A DNA stretch of 64,000 nucleotides from the human T2T-CHM13v2.0 reference genome, Homo sapiens. Made by a program: the position numbers and the translations under genes. This document shows, piece by piece, positions 11,701 through 25,800 of this stretch (position 1 is its first letter; every line of letters begins with the position of its first letter). Below the pieces are notes generated by a model. It worked only from the letters and a program-made list of their open reading frames with translations, had not been told where the DNA came from and searched no databases. The stretch is taken from NCBI RefSeq assembly GCF_009914755.1, contig NC_060937.1; one strand, given 5' to 3'.

Positions 11701-14700
11701 TCAGGACGCCTGCTGTGTTCTCTGGACTCCCGTTGAGATCCCATTCTGGCCCCCTCCGCGTGACATAGGATGGGCTCACCACATCTGCTCACGCCGGCAG
11801 GGCCTCGCTGCAGCACACAATGACCCCATAGGTCTCAAGGCCTAGTGTCAGAGCAAATTCACCGATCCATCAGCCCTCTGCCTCCCTCCTCCTTTGAAAG
11901 AGCAGTGGCCTGCCCGGCTTGTAAAAGCCCAGGGGTTCCGGAAAGCTGAACGCGCTTTACAGGACAACTGCAAAGAGGAACAGAGGCGAAACCCAGGGGG
12001 AGACCATGTGACCACGCGTGGCCCTGGCCAATCCCACAGCAGTTGGTGTTAATGTGTGTCACCGGAGGCATACGGGGCGACGGCGAAACGAAGGGTGGGG
12101 TCCAGGCATATGCCGGTGGAAGGGGGAAACGGGTGACATTTCCGTCAACGCCAAGGAAAATCAAACAACACCTGGGAACCGTGGGGTAGGGGGGCCTCCT
12201 GTGCCTGACCCAAGCCACGTTTTCAAATGCCTACCAGAGGAGCAAAGAGGTTTCTGCCAATTTCGCAACACCCCCAATCCTCCACCGACCTGGTAGCCCT
12301 GAAGCAACTTCGGCTGGTACAAACCCAAAGAGAGTGGGAAAGAAACACACAGAGAGTGAGAGACAGAGAGAGAAGAGAGAATGGGAGACACACACACAGA
12401 CACACACGCACACACACGCAGAGTCATACAGCAGAGGCATTGAAACACACACTCCCAGGCAACCCCTGAGGATCCGGGGTTCTGCTCTGGAGGAGAACGA
12501 CCCTCGGGTGAGAGAGCAGCCCAGGAGCACGCAGGCCGACCCGTCCTCGAGATCACTGACCGCGGCGCGACGTTTGGCGACACTCACCCCAACCAACACC
12601 GTCCGTGCAGGCCTGAGGCTGGGATCCCGTGCTGCTTCCCCCGTCTCCGCCTGGGGTTTCATCTTCATAGTCGGCCCTTTGCGACTGCTGGCATCAGGAG
12701 AGTTTCCCTTCGAGCCCGTGAAGAGGTGAGACCGGAGCCTCAGAGCCTCGATACCCAAGCACTGCCACGGAGGGCTCCTGCTCTGCAAAGCCTCGGGGAC
12801 TGGTTTCTAAGACAACCGTGGGAACCACTGTGACCGGAGAAACCGCTGGGGCCTCCCGCGTGCGCATTGGCTGAGCCGACTCACGCTCCACTCCTGACAG
12901 ATAGGCTGCGTCCCCTTTAAATATCGCCACCGCCGCGCGGCGGCCGCGATGCTCCTGCTGCCGCCGCGGCGGCGGCTGTGTCCTGGGTCCTGTTTGGGGC
13001 GGCATGGGAGAGGGGACCGCGGGTGTCTCGTCCTGTCCCAGGCCCAAACCCCCAGGGCTCCTGTCCTCAGGACCTGCTTGAGCCGACTTCCACCAAGGGA
13101 GGGGGAGCTTCAGGACGCCTGCTGTGTTCTCTGGACTCCCGTTGAGATCCCATTCTGGCCCCCTCCGAGTGACATAGGATGGGCTCACCACATGTGGTCA
13201 GGCCGGCAGGGCCTCGCTGCAGCACACAATGACCCCATAGGTCTCAAGGCCTAGTGTCAGAGCAAATTCATCGATCCATCAGCCCTCTGCCTCCCTCCTC
13301 CTTTGAAAGAGCAGTGGCCTGCCCGGCTTGTAAAAGCCCAGGGGTTCCGGAAAGCCGAACGCGCTTTACAGGACAACTGCAAAGAGGAACAGAGGCGAAA
13401 CCCAGGGGGAGACCATGTGACCACGCGTGGCACTGGCCAATCCCACAGCAGTTGGTGTTAATGTGTGTCACCGGAGGCATACGCGGCGACGGCGAAACGA
13501 AGGGTGGGGTCCAGGCATATGCCGGTGGAAGGGGGAAACGGGTGACATTTCCGTCAACGCCAAGGAAAATCAAACAACACCTGGGAACCGTGGGGAAGGG
13601 GGGCCTCCTGTGCCTGACCCAAGCCACGTTTTCAATTGCCTACCAGAGGAGCAAAGAGGTTTCTGCCAATTTCGCAACACCCCCAATCCTCCACCGACCT
13701 CGTAGCCCTGAAGCAACTTCGGCTGGTACAAACCCACAGAGAGTGGGAAAGAAACACACAGAGAGTGAGAGACAGAGAGAGAAGAGAGAATGGGAGACAC
13801 ACACACAGACACACACGCACACACACGCAGAGTCATACAGCAGAGGCATTGAACCCTGAGAACCCTGAGGCAACCCCTGAGGATCCGGGGTTCTGCTCTG
13901 GAGGAGAACGACCCTCGGGTGAGAAAGCAGCCCAGGAGCACGCAGGCCGACCCGTCCTCGAGATCACGGACTGCGGTAAGGCTTTTGGCGAGACTCACCC
14001 CAACCAACACCGTCTGTGCAGGCCTGAGGCTGGGATCCCGTGCTGCTTCCCCCGTCTCCGCCTGGGGTTTCATCATCATGGTCGGCCCTTTGCGACTGCT
14101 GTCATCAGGAGAGGTTCCCTTCGACCCCGTGGAGAGGTGAGGCCGGAGTCTCAGAGCCTCGATACACAAGCACTGCCACGGAGGGCTCCTGCTCTGCAAA
14201 GCCTCGGGGACTGGTTTCTAAGACAACCGTGGGAACCACTGTGACCGGAGAAACCGCTGGGGCCTCGCGCATGCGCATTGGCTGAGCCGACTCACGCTCC
14301 ACTCCTGACAGATAGGCTGCGTCCCCTTTAAATATCGCCACCGCCGCGCGGCGGCCGCGATGCTCCTGCTGCCGCCGCGGCGGCGGCTGTGTCCTGGGTC
14401 CTGTTTGGGGCGGCATGGGAGAGGGGACGGCGGGTGTCTCGTCCTGTCCCAGGCCCAAACCCCCAGGGCTCCTTTCCTCAGGACCTGCTTGAGCCGACTT
14501 CCACCAAGGGAGGGGGAGCTTCAGGACGCCTGCTGTGTTCTCTGGACTCCCGTTGAGATCCCATTCTGGCCCCCTCCGCGTGACATAGGATGGGCTCACC
14601 ACATGTGGTCAGGCCGGCAGGGCCTCGCTGCAGCACACAATGACCCCATAGGTCTCAAGGCCTAGTGTCAGAGCAAACTCACTCATCCATCAGCCCTCTA

Positions 14701-17700
14701 CCTCCCTCCTCCTTTGAAAGTGCATTGGCCTGCCCCGCTTGTAAAAGCCCAGGGGTTCCGGAAAGCCGAACGCGCTTTACAGGACAACTGCAAAGAGGAA
14801 CAGAGGCGAAATCCAGGGGGAGACCATGTGACCACGCGTGGCACTGGCCAATCCCACAGCAGTTGGTGTTAATGTGTGTCACCGGAGGCATACGGGGCGA
14901 CGGCGAAACGAAGGGTGGGGTCCAGGCATATGCCGGTGGAAGGGGGAAACGGGTGACATTTCCGTCAACGCCAAGGAAAAACAAACAACACCTGGGAACC
15001 GTGGGGTAGGGGGGCCTCCTGTGCCTGACCCAAGCCACGTTTTCAAATGCCTACCAGAGGAGCAAAGAGGTTTCTGCCAATTTCGCAACACCCCCAATCC
15101 TCCACCGAACTGGTAGCCCTGACGCAACTTCGGCTGGTACAAACCCACAGAGAGTGGGAAAGAAACACACAGAGAGTGAGAGACAGAGAGAGAAGAGAGA
15201 ATGGGAGACACACACACAGACACACACGCACACACACGCAGAGTCATACAGCAGAGGCTTTGAAACACACACTCCCAGGCAACCCCTGAGGATCCGGGGT
15301 TCTGCTCTGGAGGAGAACGACCCTCGGGTGAGAGAGCAGCCCAGGAGCACGCAGGCCGACCCGTCCTCGAGATCACTGACCGCGGCGCGACTTTTGGCGA
15401 GACTCACCCCAACCAACACCGTCCGTGCAGGCCTGAGGCTGGGATCCCGTGCTGCTTCCCCCGTCTCCGCCTGGGGTTTCATCTTCATAGTCGGCCCTTT
15501 GCGACTGCTGGCATCAGGAGAGTTTCCCTTCGAGCCCGTGAAGAGGTGAGACCGGAGCCTCAGAGCCTCGATACCCAAGCACTGCCACGGAGGGCTCCTG
15601 CTCTGCAAAGCCTCGGGGACTGGTTTCTAAGACAACCGTGGGAACCACTGTGACCGGAGAAACCGCTGGGGCCTCCCGCGTGCGCATTGGCTGAGCCGAC
15701 TCACGCTCCACTCCTGACAGATAGGCTGCGTCCCCTTTAAATATCGCCACCGCCGCGCGGCGGCCGCGATGCTCCTGCTGCCGCCGCGGCGGCGGCTGTG
15801 TCCTGGGTCCTGTTTGGGGCGGCATGGGAGAGGGGACCGCGGGTGTCTCGTCCTGTCCCAGGCCCAAACCCCCAGGGCTCCTGTCCTCAGGACCTGCTTG
15901 AGCCGACTTCCACCAAGGGAGGGGGAGCTTCAGGACGCCTGCTGTGTTCTCTGGACTCCCGTTGAGATCCCATTCTGGCCCCCTCCGAGTGACATAGGAT
16001 GGGCTCACCACATGTGGTCAGGCCGGCAGGGCCTCGCTGCAGCACACAATGACCCCATAGGTCTCAAGGCCTAGTGTCAGAGCAAATTCACCGATCCATC
16101 AGCCCTCTGCCTCCCTCCTCCTTTGAAAGAGCAGTGGCCTGCCCGGCTTGTAAAAGCCCAGGGGTTCCGGAAAGCCGAACGCGCTTTACAGGACAACTGC
16201 AAAGAGGAACAGAGGCGAAACCCAGGGGGAGACCATGTGACCACGCGTGGCACTGGCCAATCCCACAGCAGTTGGTGTTAATGTGTGTCACCGGAGGCAT
16301 ACGCGGCGACGGCGAAACGAAGGGTGGGGTCCAGGCATATGCCGGTGGAAGGGGGAAACGGGTGACATTTCCGTCAACGCCAAGGAAAATCAAACAACAC
16401 CTGGGAACCGTGGGGAAGGGGGGCCTCCTGTGCCTGACCCAAGCCACGTTTTCAATTGCCTACCAGAGGAGCAAAGAGGTTTCTGCCAATTTCGCAACAC
16501 CCCCAATCCTCCACCGACCTCGTAGCCCTGAAGCAACTTCGGCTGGTACAAACCCACAGAGAGTGGGAAAGAAACACACAGAGAGTGAGAGACAGAGAGA
16601 GAAGAGAGAATGGGAGACACACACACAGACACACACGCACACACACGCAGAGTCATACAGCAGAGGCATTGAACCCTGAGAACCCTGAGGCAACCCCTGA
16701 GGATCCGGGGTTCTGCTCTGGAGGAGAACGACCCTCGGGTGAGAGAGCAGCCCAGGAGCACGCAGGCCGACCCGTCCTCGAGATCACGGACTGCGGTAAG
16801 GCTTTTGGCGAGACTCACCCCAACCAACACCGTCTGTGCAGGCCTGAGGCTGGGATCCCGTGCTGCTTCCCCCGTCTCCGCCTGGGGTTTCATCATCATG
16901 GTCGGCCCTTTGCGACTGCTGTCATCAGGAGAGGTTCCCTTCGACCCCGTGGAGAGGTGAGGCCGGAGTCTCAGAGCCTCGATACACAAGCACTGCCACG
17001 GAGGGCTCCTGCTCTGCAAAGCCTCGGGGACTGGTTTCTAAGACAACCGTGGGAACCACTGTGACCGGAGAAACCGCTGGGGCCTCGCGCATGCGCATTG
17101 GCTGAGCCGACTCACGCTCCACTCCTGACAGATAGGCTGCGTCCCCTTTAAATATCGCCACCGCCGCGCGGCGGCCGCGATGCTCCTGCTGCCGCCGCGG
17201 CGGCGGCTGTGTCCTGGGTCCTGTTTGGGGCGGCATGGGAGAGGGGACGGCGGGTGTCTCGTCCTGTCCCAGGCCCAAACCCCCAGGGCTCCTTTCCTCA
17301 GGACCTGCTTGAGCCGACTTCCACCAAGGGAGGGGGAGCTTCAGGACGCCTGCTGTGTTCTCTGGACTCCCGTTGAGATCCCATTCTGGCCCCCTCCGCG
17401 TGACATAGGATGGGCTCACCACATCTGCTCACGCCGGCAGGGCCTCGCTGCAGCACACAATGACCCCATAGGTCTCAAGGCCTAGTGTCAGAGCAAATTC
17501 ACCGATCCATCAGCCCTCTGCCTCCCTCCTCCTTTGAAAGAGCAGTGGCCTGCCCGGCTTGTAAAAGCCCAGGGGTTCCGGAAAGCTGAACGCGCTTTAC
17601 AGGACAACTGCAAAGAGGAACAGAGGCGAAACCCAGGGGGAGACCATGTGACCACGCGTGGCCCTGGCCAATCCCACAGCAGTTGGTGTTAATGTGTGTC

Positions 17701-19111
17701 ACCGGAGGCATACGGGGCGACGGCGAAACGAAGGGTGGGGTCCAGGCATATGCCGGTGGAAGGGGGAAACGGGTGACATTTCCGTCAACGCCAAGGAAAA
17801 TCAAACAACACCTGGGAACCGTGGGGTAGGGGGGCCTCCTGTGCCTGACCCAAGCCACGTTTTCAAATGCCTACCAGAGGAGCAAAGAGGTTTCTGCCAA
17901 TTTCGCAACACCCCCAATCCTCCACCGACCTCGTAGCCCTGAAGCAACTTCGGCTGGTACAAACCCACAGAGAGTGGGAAAGAAACACACAGAGAGTGAC
18001 AGAGAGAGAGAGAAGAGAGAATGGGAGACACACACACAGACACACACGCACACACACGCAGAGTCATACAGCAGAGGCATTGAACCCTGAGAACCCTGAG
18101 GCAACCCCTGTGGATCCGGGGTTCTGCTCTGGAGGAGAACGACCCTCGGGTGAGAGAGCAGCCCAGGAGCACGCAGGCCGACCCGTCCTCGAGATCACGG
18201 ACAGCGGTAAGGCTTTTGGTGATACTCACCCCAACCAACACCGTCCGTGCAGGCCTGAGGCTGGGATCCCGTGCTGCTTCCCCGTCTCCGCCTGGGGTTT
18301 CATCATCATGGTCGGCCCTTTGCGACTGCTGTCATCAGGAGAGGTTCCTTTCGACCCCGTGGAGAGGTGAGGCCGGAGCCTCAGAGCCTCGGTACCCAAG
18401 CACTGCCACGGAGGGCTCCTGCTCTGCCAAGCCTCGGGGACTGGTTTCTAAGACAACCGTGGGAACCACTGTGACCGGAGAAACCGCTGGGGCCTCGCGC
18501 ATGCGCATTGGCTGAGCCGACTCACGCTCCACTCCTGACAGATAGGCTGCGTCCCCTTTAAATATCGCCACCGCCGCGCGGCGGCCGCGATGCTCCTGCT
18601 GCCGCAGCGGCGGCGGCTGTGTCCTGGGTCCTGTTTGGGGCGGCATGGGAGAGTGGACCGCGGGTGTCTCGTCCTGTCCCAGGCCCAAACCCCCAGGGCT
18701 CCTGTCCTCAGGACCTGCTTGAGCCGACTTCCACCAAGGGAGGGGGAGCTTCAGGACGCCTGCTGTGTTCTCTGGACTCCCGTTGAGATCCCATTCTGGT
18801 CCCCTCCGAGTGACATAGGATGGGCTCACCACATGTGGTCAGGCCGGCAGGGCCTCGCTGCAGCACACAATGACCCCATAGGTCTCAAGGCCTAGTGTCA
18901 GAGCAAACTCACTCATCCATCAGCCCTCTGCCTCCCTCCTCCTTTGAAAGTGCATTGGCCTGCCCCGCTTGTAAAAGCCCAGGGGTTCCGGAAAGCCGAA
19001 CGCGCTTTACAGGACAACTGCAAAGAGGAACAGAGGCGAAATCCAGGGGGAGACCATGTGACCACGCGTGGCACTGGCCAATCCCACAGCAGTTGGTGTT
19101 AATGTGTGTCA

Positions 19112-19858
<747 letters not shown>

Positions 19859-22800
19859 CTAAGACAACCGTGGGAACCACTGTGACCGGAGAAACCGCTG
19901 GGGCCTCGCGCATGCGCATTGGCTGAGCCGACTCACGCTCCACTCCTGACAGATAGGCTGCGTCCCCTTTAAATATCGCCACCGCCGCGCGGCGGCCGCG
20001 ATGCTCCTGCTGCCGCCGCGGCGGCGGCTGTGTCCTGGGTCCTGTTTGGGGCGGCATGGGAGAGTGGACCGCGGGTGTCTCGTCCTGTCCCAGGCCCAAA
20101 CCCCCAGGGCTCCTGTCCTCAGGACCTGCTTGAGCCGACTTCCACCAAGGGAGGGGGAGCTTCAGGACGCCTGCTGTGTTCTCTGGACTCCCGTTGAGAT
20201 CCCATTCTGGCCCCCTCCGAGTGACATAGGATGGGCTCACCACATGTGGTCAGGCCGGCAGGGCCTCGCTGCAGCACACAATGACCCCATAGGTCTCAAG
20301 GCCTAGTGTCAGAGCAAACTCACTCATCCATCAGCCCTCTGCCTCCCTCCTCCTTTGAAAGTGGATTGGCCTGCTCCGCTTGTAAAAGCCCAGGGGTTCC
20401 GGAAAGCCGAACGCGCTTTGCAGGACAACTGCAAAGAGGAACAGAGGCGAAACCCAGGGGGAGACCATGTGACCACGAGTGGCACTGGCCAATCCCACAG
20501 CAGTTGGTGTTAATGTGTGTCACCGGAGGCATACGGGGCGACGGCGAAACGAAGGGTGGGGTCCAGGCATATGCCGGTGGAAGGGGGAAACGGGAGACAT
20601 TTCCGTCAACGCCAAGGAAAATCAAACAACACCTGGGAACCGTGGGGTAGGGGGGCCTCCTGTGCCTGACCCAAGCCACGTTTTCAAATGCCTACCAGAG
20701 GAGCAAAGAGGTTTCTGCCAATTTCGCAACACCCCCAATCCTCCACCGACCTCGTAGCCCTGAAGCAACTTCGGCTGGTACAAACCCAAAGAGAGTGGGA
20801 AAGAAACACACAGAGAGTGAGAGACAGAGAGAGAAGAGAGAATGGGAGACACACACACAGACACACACGCACACACACGCAGAGTCATACAGCAGAGGCA
20901 TTGAAACACACACTCCCAGGCAACCCCTGAGGATCCGGGGTTCTGCTCTGGAGGAGAACGACCCTCGGGTGAGAGAGCAGCCCAGGAGCACGCAGGCCGA
21001 CCCGTCCTCGAGATCACTGACCGCGGCGCGACGTTTGGCGACACTCACCCCAACCAACACCGTCCGTGCAGGCCTGAGGCTGGGATCCCGTGCTGCTTCC
21101 CCCGTCTCCACCTGGGGTTTCATCTTCATAGTCGGCCCTTTGCGACTGCTGGCATCAGGAGAGTTTCCCTTCGAGCCCGTGGAGAGGTGAGACCGGAGCC
21201 TCAGAGCCTCGATACCCAAGCACTGCCACGGAGGGCTCCTGCTCTGCAAAGCCTCGGGGACTGGTTTCTAAGACAACCGTGGGAACCACTGTGACCGGAG
21301 AAACCGCTGGGGCCTCGCGCATGCGCATTGGCTGAGCCGACTCACGCTCCACTCCTGACAGATAGGCTGCGTCCCCTTTAAATATCGCCACCGTCGCGCG
21401 GCGGCCGCGATGCTCCTGCTGCCGCCACGGCGGCGGCTGTGTCCTGGGTCCTGTTTGGGGCAGCATGGGAGAGGGGACCGCGGGTGTCTCGTCCTGTTCC
21501 AGGCCCAAACCCCCAGGGCTCCTGTCCTCAGGACCTGCTTGAGCCGACTTCCACCAAGGGAGGGGGAGCTTCAGGACGCCTGCTGTGTTCTCTGGACTCC
21601 CGTTGAGATCCCCTTCTGGCCCCCTCCGCGTGACATAGGATGGGCTCACCACATGTGGTCAGGCCGGCAGGGCCTCACTGCAGCACACAATGACCCCATA
21701 GGTCTCAAGGCCTAGTGTCAGAGCAAATTCACCGATCCATCAGCCCTCTGCCTCCCTCCTCCTTTGAAAGAGCAGTGGCCTGCCCGGCTTGTAAAAGCCC
21801 AGGGGTTCCGGAAAGCCGAACGCGCTTTACAGGACAACTGCAAAGAGGAACAGAGGCGAAACACAGGGGGAGACCATGTGACCACGCGTGGCACTGGCCA
21901 ATCCCACAGCAGTTGGTGTTAATGTGTGTCACCGGAGGCATACGGGGCGACGGCGAAACGAAGGGTGGGGTCCAGGCATATGCCGGTGGAAGGGGGAAAC
22001 GGGTGACATTTCCGTCAACGTCAAGGAAAATCAAACAACACCTGGGAACCGTGGGGTAGGAGGGCCTCCTGTGCCTGACCCAAGTCACGTTTTCAAATGC
22101 CTACCAGAGGAGCAAAGAGGTTTCTGCCAAATTCGCAACACCCCCAATCCTCCACCGACCTGGTAGCCCTGAAGCAACTTCGGCTGGTACAAACCCACAG
22201 AGAGTGGGAAAGAAACACACAGAGAGTGAGAGACAGAGAGAGAAGAATGGGAGACACACACACAGACACACACGCACACACACCCAGAGTCATACAGCAG
22301 AGGAATTGAAACACACACTCCCAGGCAACCCCTGAGGATCCGGGGTTCTGCTCTGGAGGAGAACGACCCTCGGGTGAGAGAGCAGCCCAGGAGCACGCAG
22401 GCCGACCCGTCCTCGAGATCAATGACCGCGGCGCGACTTTTGGCGAGACTCACCCCAACCAACACCGTCCGTGCAGGCCTGAGGCTGGGATCCCGTGCTG
22501 CTTCCCCCGTCTCCGCCTGGGGTTTCATCTTCATAGTCGGCCCTTTGCGACTGCTGGCATCAGGAGAGTTTCCCTTCGAGCCCGTGGAGAGGTGAGACCG
22601 GAGCCTCAGAGCCTCGATACCCAAGCACTGCCACGGAGGGCTCCTGCTCTGCAAAGCCTCGGGGACTGGTTTCTAAGACAACCGTGGGAACCACTGTGAC
22701 CGGAGAAACCGCTGGGGCCTCGCGCATGCGCATTGGCTGAGCCGACTCACGCTCCACTCCTGACAGATAGGCTGCGTCCCCTTTAAATATCGCCACCGCC

Positions 22801-25800
22801 GCGCGGCGGCCGCGATGCTCCTGCTGCCGCAGCGGCGGCGGCTGTGTCCTGGGTCCTGTTTGGGGCGGCATGGGAGAGTGGACCGCGGGTGTCTCGTCCT
22901 GTCCCAGGCCCAAACCCCCAGGGCTCCTGTCCTCAGGACCTGCTTGAGCCGACTTCCACCAAGGGAGGGGGAGCTTCCGGACGCCTGCTGTGTTCTCTGG
23001 ACTCCCGTTGAGATCCCATTCTGGCCCCCTCCGAGTGACATAGGATGGGCTCACCACATGTGGTCAGGCCGGCAGGGCCTCGCTGCAGCACACAATGACC
23101 CCATAGGTCTCAAGGCCTAGTGTCAGAGCAAACTCACTCATCCATCAGCCCTCTGCCTCCCTCCTCCTTTGAAAGTGGATTGGCCTGCCCCGCTTGTAAA
23201 AGCCCAGGGGTTCCGGAAAGCCGAACGCGCTTTGCAGGACAACTGCAAAGAGGAACAGAGGCGAAACCCAGTGGGAGACCATGTGACCACGCGTGGCACT
23301 GGCCAATCCCACAGCAGTTGGTGTTAATGTGTGTCACCTGAGGCATACGGGGCGACGGCGAAACGAAGGGTGGGGTCCAGGCATATGCCGGTGGAAGGGG
23401 GAAACGGGTGACATTTCCGTCAACGCCAAGGAAAATCAAACAACACCTGGGAACCGTGGGGAAGGGGGGCCTCCTGTGCCTGACCCAAGCCACGTTTTCA
23501 ATTGCCTACCAGAGGAGCAAAGAGGTTTCTGCCAATTTCGCAACACCCCCAATCCTCCACCGACCTCGTAGCCCTGAAGCAACTTCGGCTGGTACAAACC
23601 CACAGAGAGTGGGAAAGAAACACACAGAGAGTGAGAGACAGAGAGAGAAGAGAGAATGGGAGACACACACACAGACACACACGCACACACACGCAGAGTC
23701 ATACAGCAGAGGCATTGAACCCTGAGAACCCTGAGGCAACCCCTGAGGATCCGGGGTTCTGCTCTGGAGGAGAACGACCCTCGGGTGAGAGAGCAGCCCA
23801 GGAGCACGCAGGCCGACCCGTCCTCGAGATCACGGACAGCGGTAAGGTTTTTGGCGAGACTCACCCCAACCAACACCGTCTGTGCAGGCCTGAGGCTGGG
23901 ATCCCGTGCTGCTTCCCCCGTCTCCGCCTGGGGTTTCATCATCATGGTCGGCCCTTTGCGACTGCTGTCATCAGGAGAGGTTCCCTTCGACCCCGTGGAG
24001 AGGTGAGGCCGGAGTCTCAGAGCCTCGATACACAAGCACTGCCACGGAGGGCTCCTGCTCTGCAAAGCCTCGGGGACTGGTTTCTAAGACAACCGTGGGA
24101 ACCACTGTGACCGGAGAAACCGCTGGGGCCTCGCGCATGCGCATTGGCTGAGCCGACTCACGCTCCACTCCTGACAGATAGGCTGCGTCCCCTTTAAATA
24201 TCGCCACCGCCGCGCGGCGGCCGCGATGCTCCTGCTGCCGCCGCGGCGGCGGCTGTGTCCTGGGTCCTGTTTGGGGCGGCATGGGAGAGGGGACGGCGGG
24301 TGTCTCGTCCTGTCCCAGGCCCAAACCCCCAGGGCTCCTTTCCTCAGGACCTGCTTGAGCCGACTTCCACCAAGGGAGGGGGAGCTTCAGGACGCCTGCT
24401 GTGTTCTCTGGACTCCCGTTGAGATCCCATTCTGGCCCCCTCCGCGTGACATAGGATGGGCTCACCACATCTGCTCACGCCGGCAGGGCCTCGCTGCAGC
24501 ACACAATGACCCCATAGGTCTCAAGGCCTAGTGTCAGAGCAAATTCACCGATCCATCAGCCCTCTGCCTCCCTCCTCCTTTGAAAGAGCAGTGGCCTGCC
24601 CGGCTTGTAAAAGCCCAGGGGTTCCGGAAAGCTGAACGCGCTTTACAGGACAACTGCAAAGAGGAACAGAGGCGAAACCCAGGGGGAGACCATGTGACCA
24701 CGCGTGGCCCTGGCCAATCCCACAGCAGTTGGTGTTAATGTGTGTCACCGGAGGCATACGGGGCGACGGCGAAACGAAGGGTGGGGTCCAGGCATATGCC
24801 GGTGGAAGGGGGAAACGGGTGACATTTCCGTCAACGCCAAGGAAAATCAAACAACACCTGGGAACCGTGGGGTAGGGGGGCCTCCTGTGCCTGACCCAAG
24901 CCACGTTTTCAAATGCCTACCAGAGGAGCAAAGAGGTTTCTGCCAATTTCGCAACACCCCCAATCCTCCACCGACCTCGTAGCCCTGAAGCAACTTCGGC
25001 TGGTACAAACCCACAGAGAGTGGGAAACAAACACACAGAGAGTGAGAGAGAGAGAGAGAAGAGAGAATGGGAGACACACACACAGACACACACGCACACA
25101 CACGCAGAGTCATACAGCAGAGGCATTGAACCCTGAGATCCCTGAGGCAACCCCTGTGGATCCGGGGTTCTGCTCTGGAGGAGAACGACCCTCGGGTGAG
25201 AGAGCAGCCCAGGAGCACGCAGGCCGACCCGTCCTCGAGATCACGGACAGCGGTAAGGCTTTTGGTGATACTCACCCCAACCAACACCGTCCGTGCAGGC
25301 CTGAGGCTGGGATCCCGTGCTGCTTCCCCGTCTCCGCCTGGGGTTTCATCATCATGGTCGGCTCTTTGCGACTGCTGTCCTCAGGAGAGGTTCCTTTCGA
25401 CCCCGTGGAGAGGTGAGGCCGGAGCCTCAGAGCCTCGGTACCCAAGCACTGCCACGGAGGGCTCCTGCTCTGCCAAGCCTCGGGGACTGGTTTCTAAGAC
25501 AACCGTGGGAACCACTGTGACCGGAGAAACCGCTGGGGCCTCGCGCATGCGCATTGGCTGAGCCGACTCACGCTCCACTCCTGACAGATAGGCTGCGTCC
25601 CCTTTAAATATCGCCACCGCCGCGCGGCGGCCGCGATGCTCCTGCTGCCGCAGCGGCGGCGGCTGTGTCCTGGGTCCTGTTTGGGGCGGCATGGGAGAGT
25701 GGACCGCGGGTGTCTCGTCCTGTCCCAGGCCCAAACCCCCAGGGCTCCTGTCCTCAGGACCTGCTTGAGCCGACTTCCACCAAGGGAGGGGGAGCTTCAG

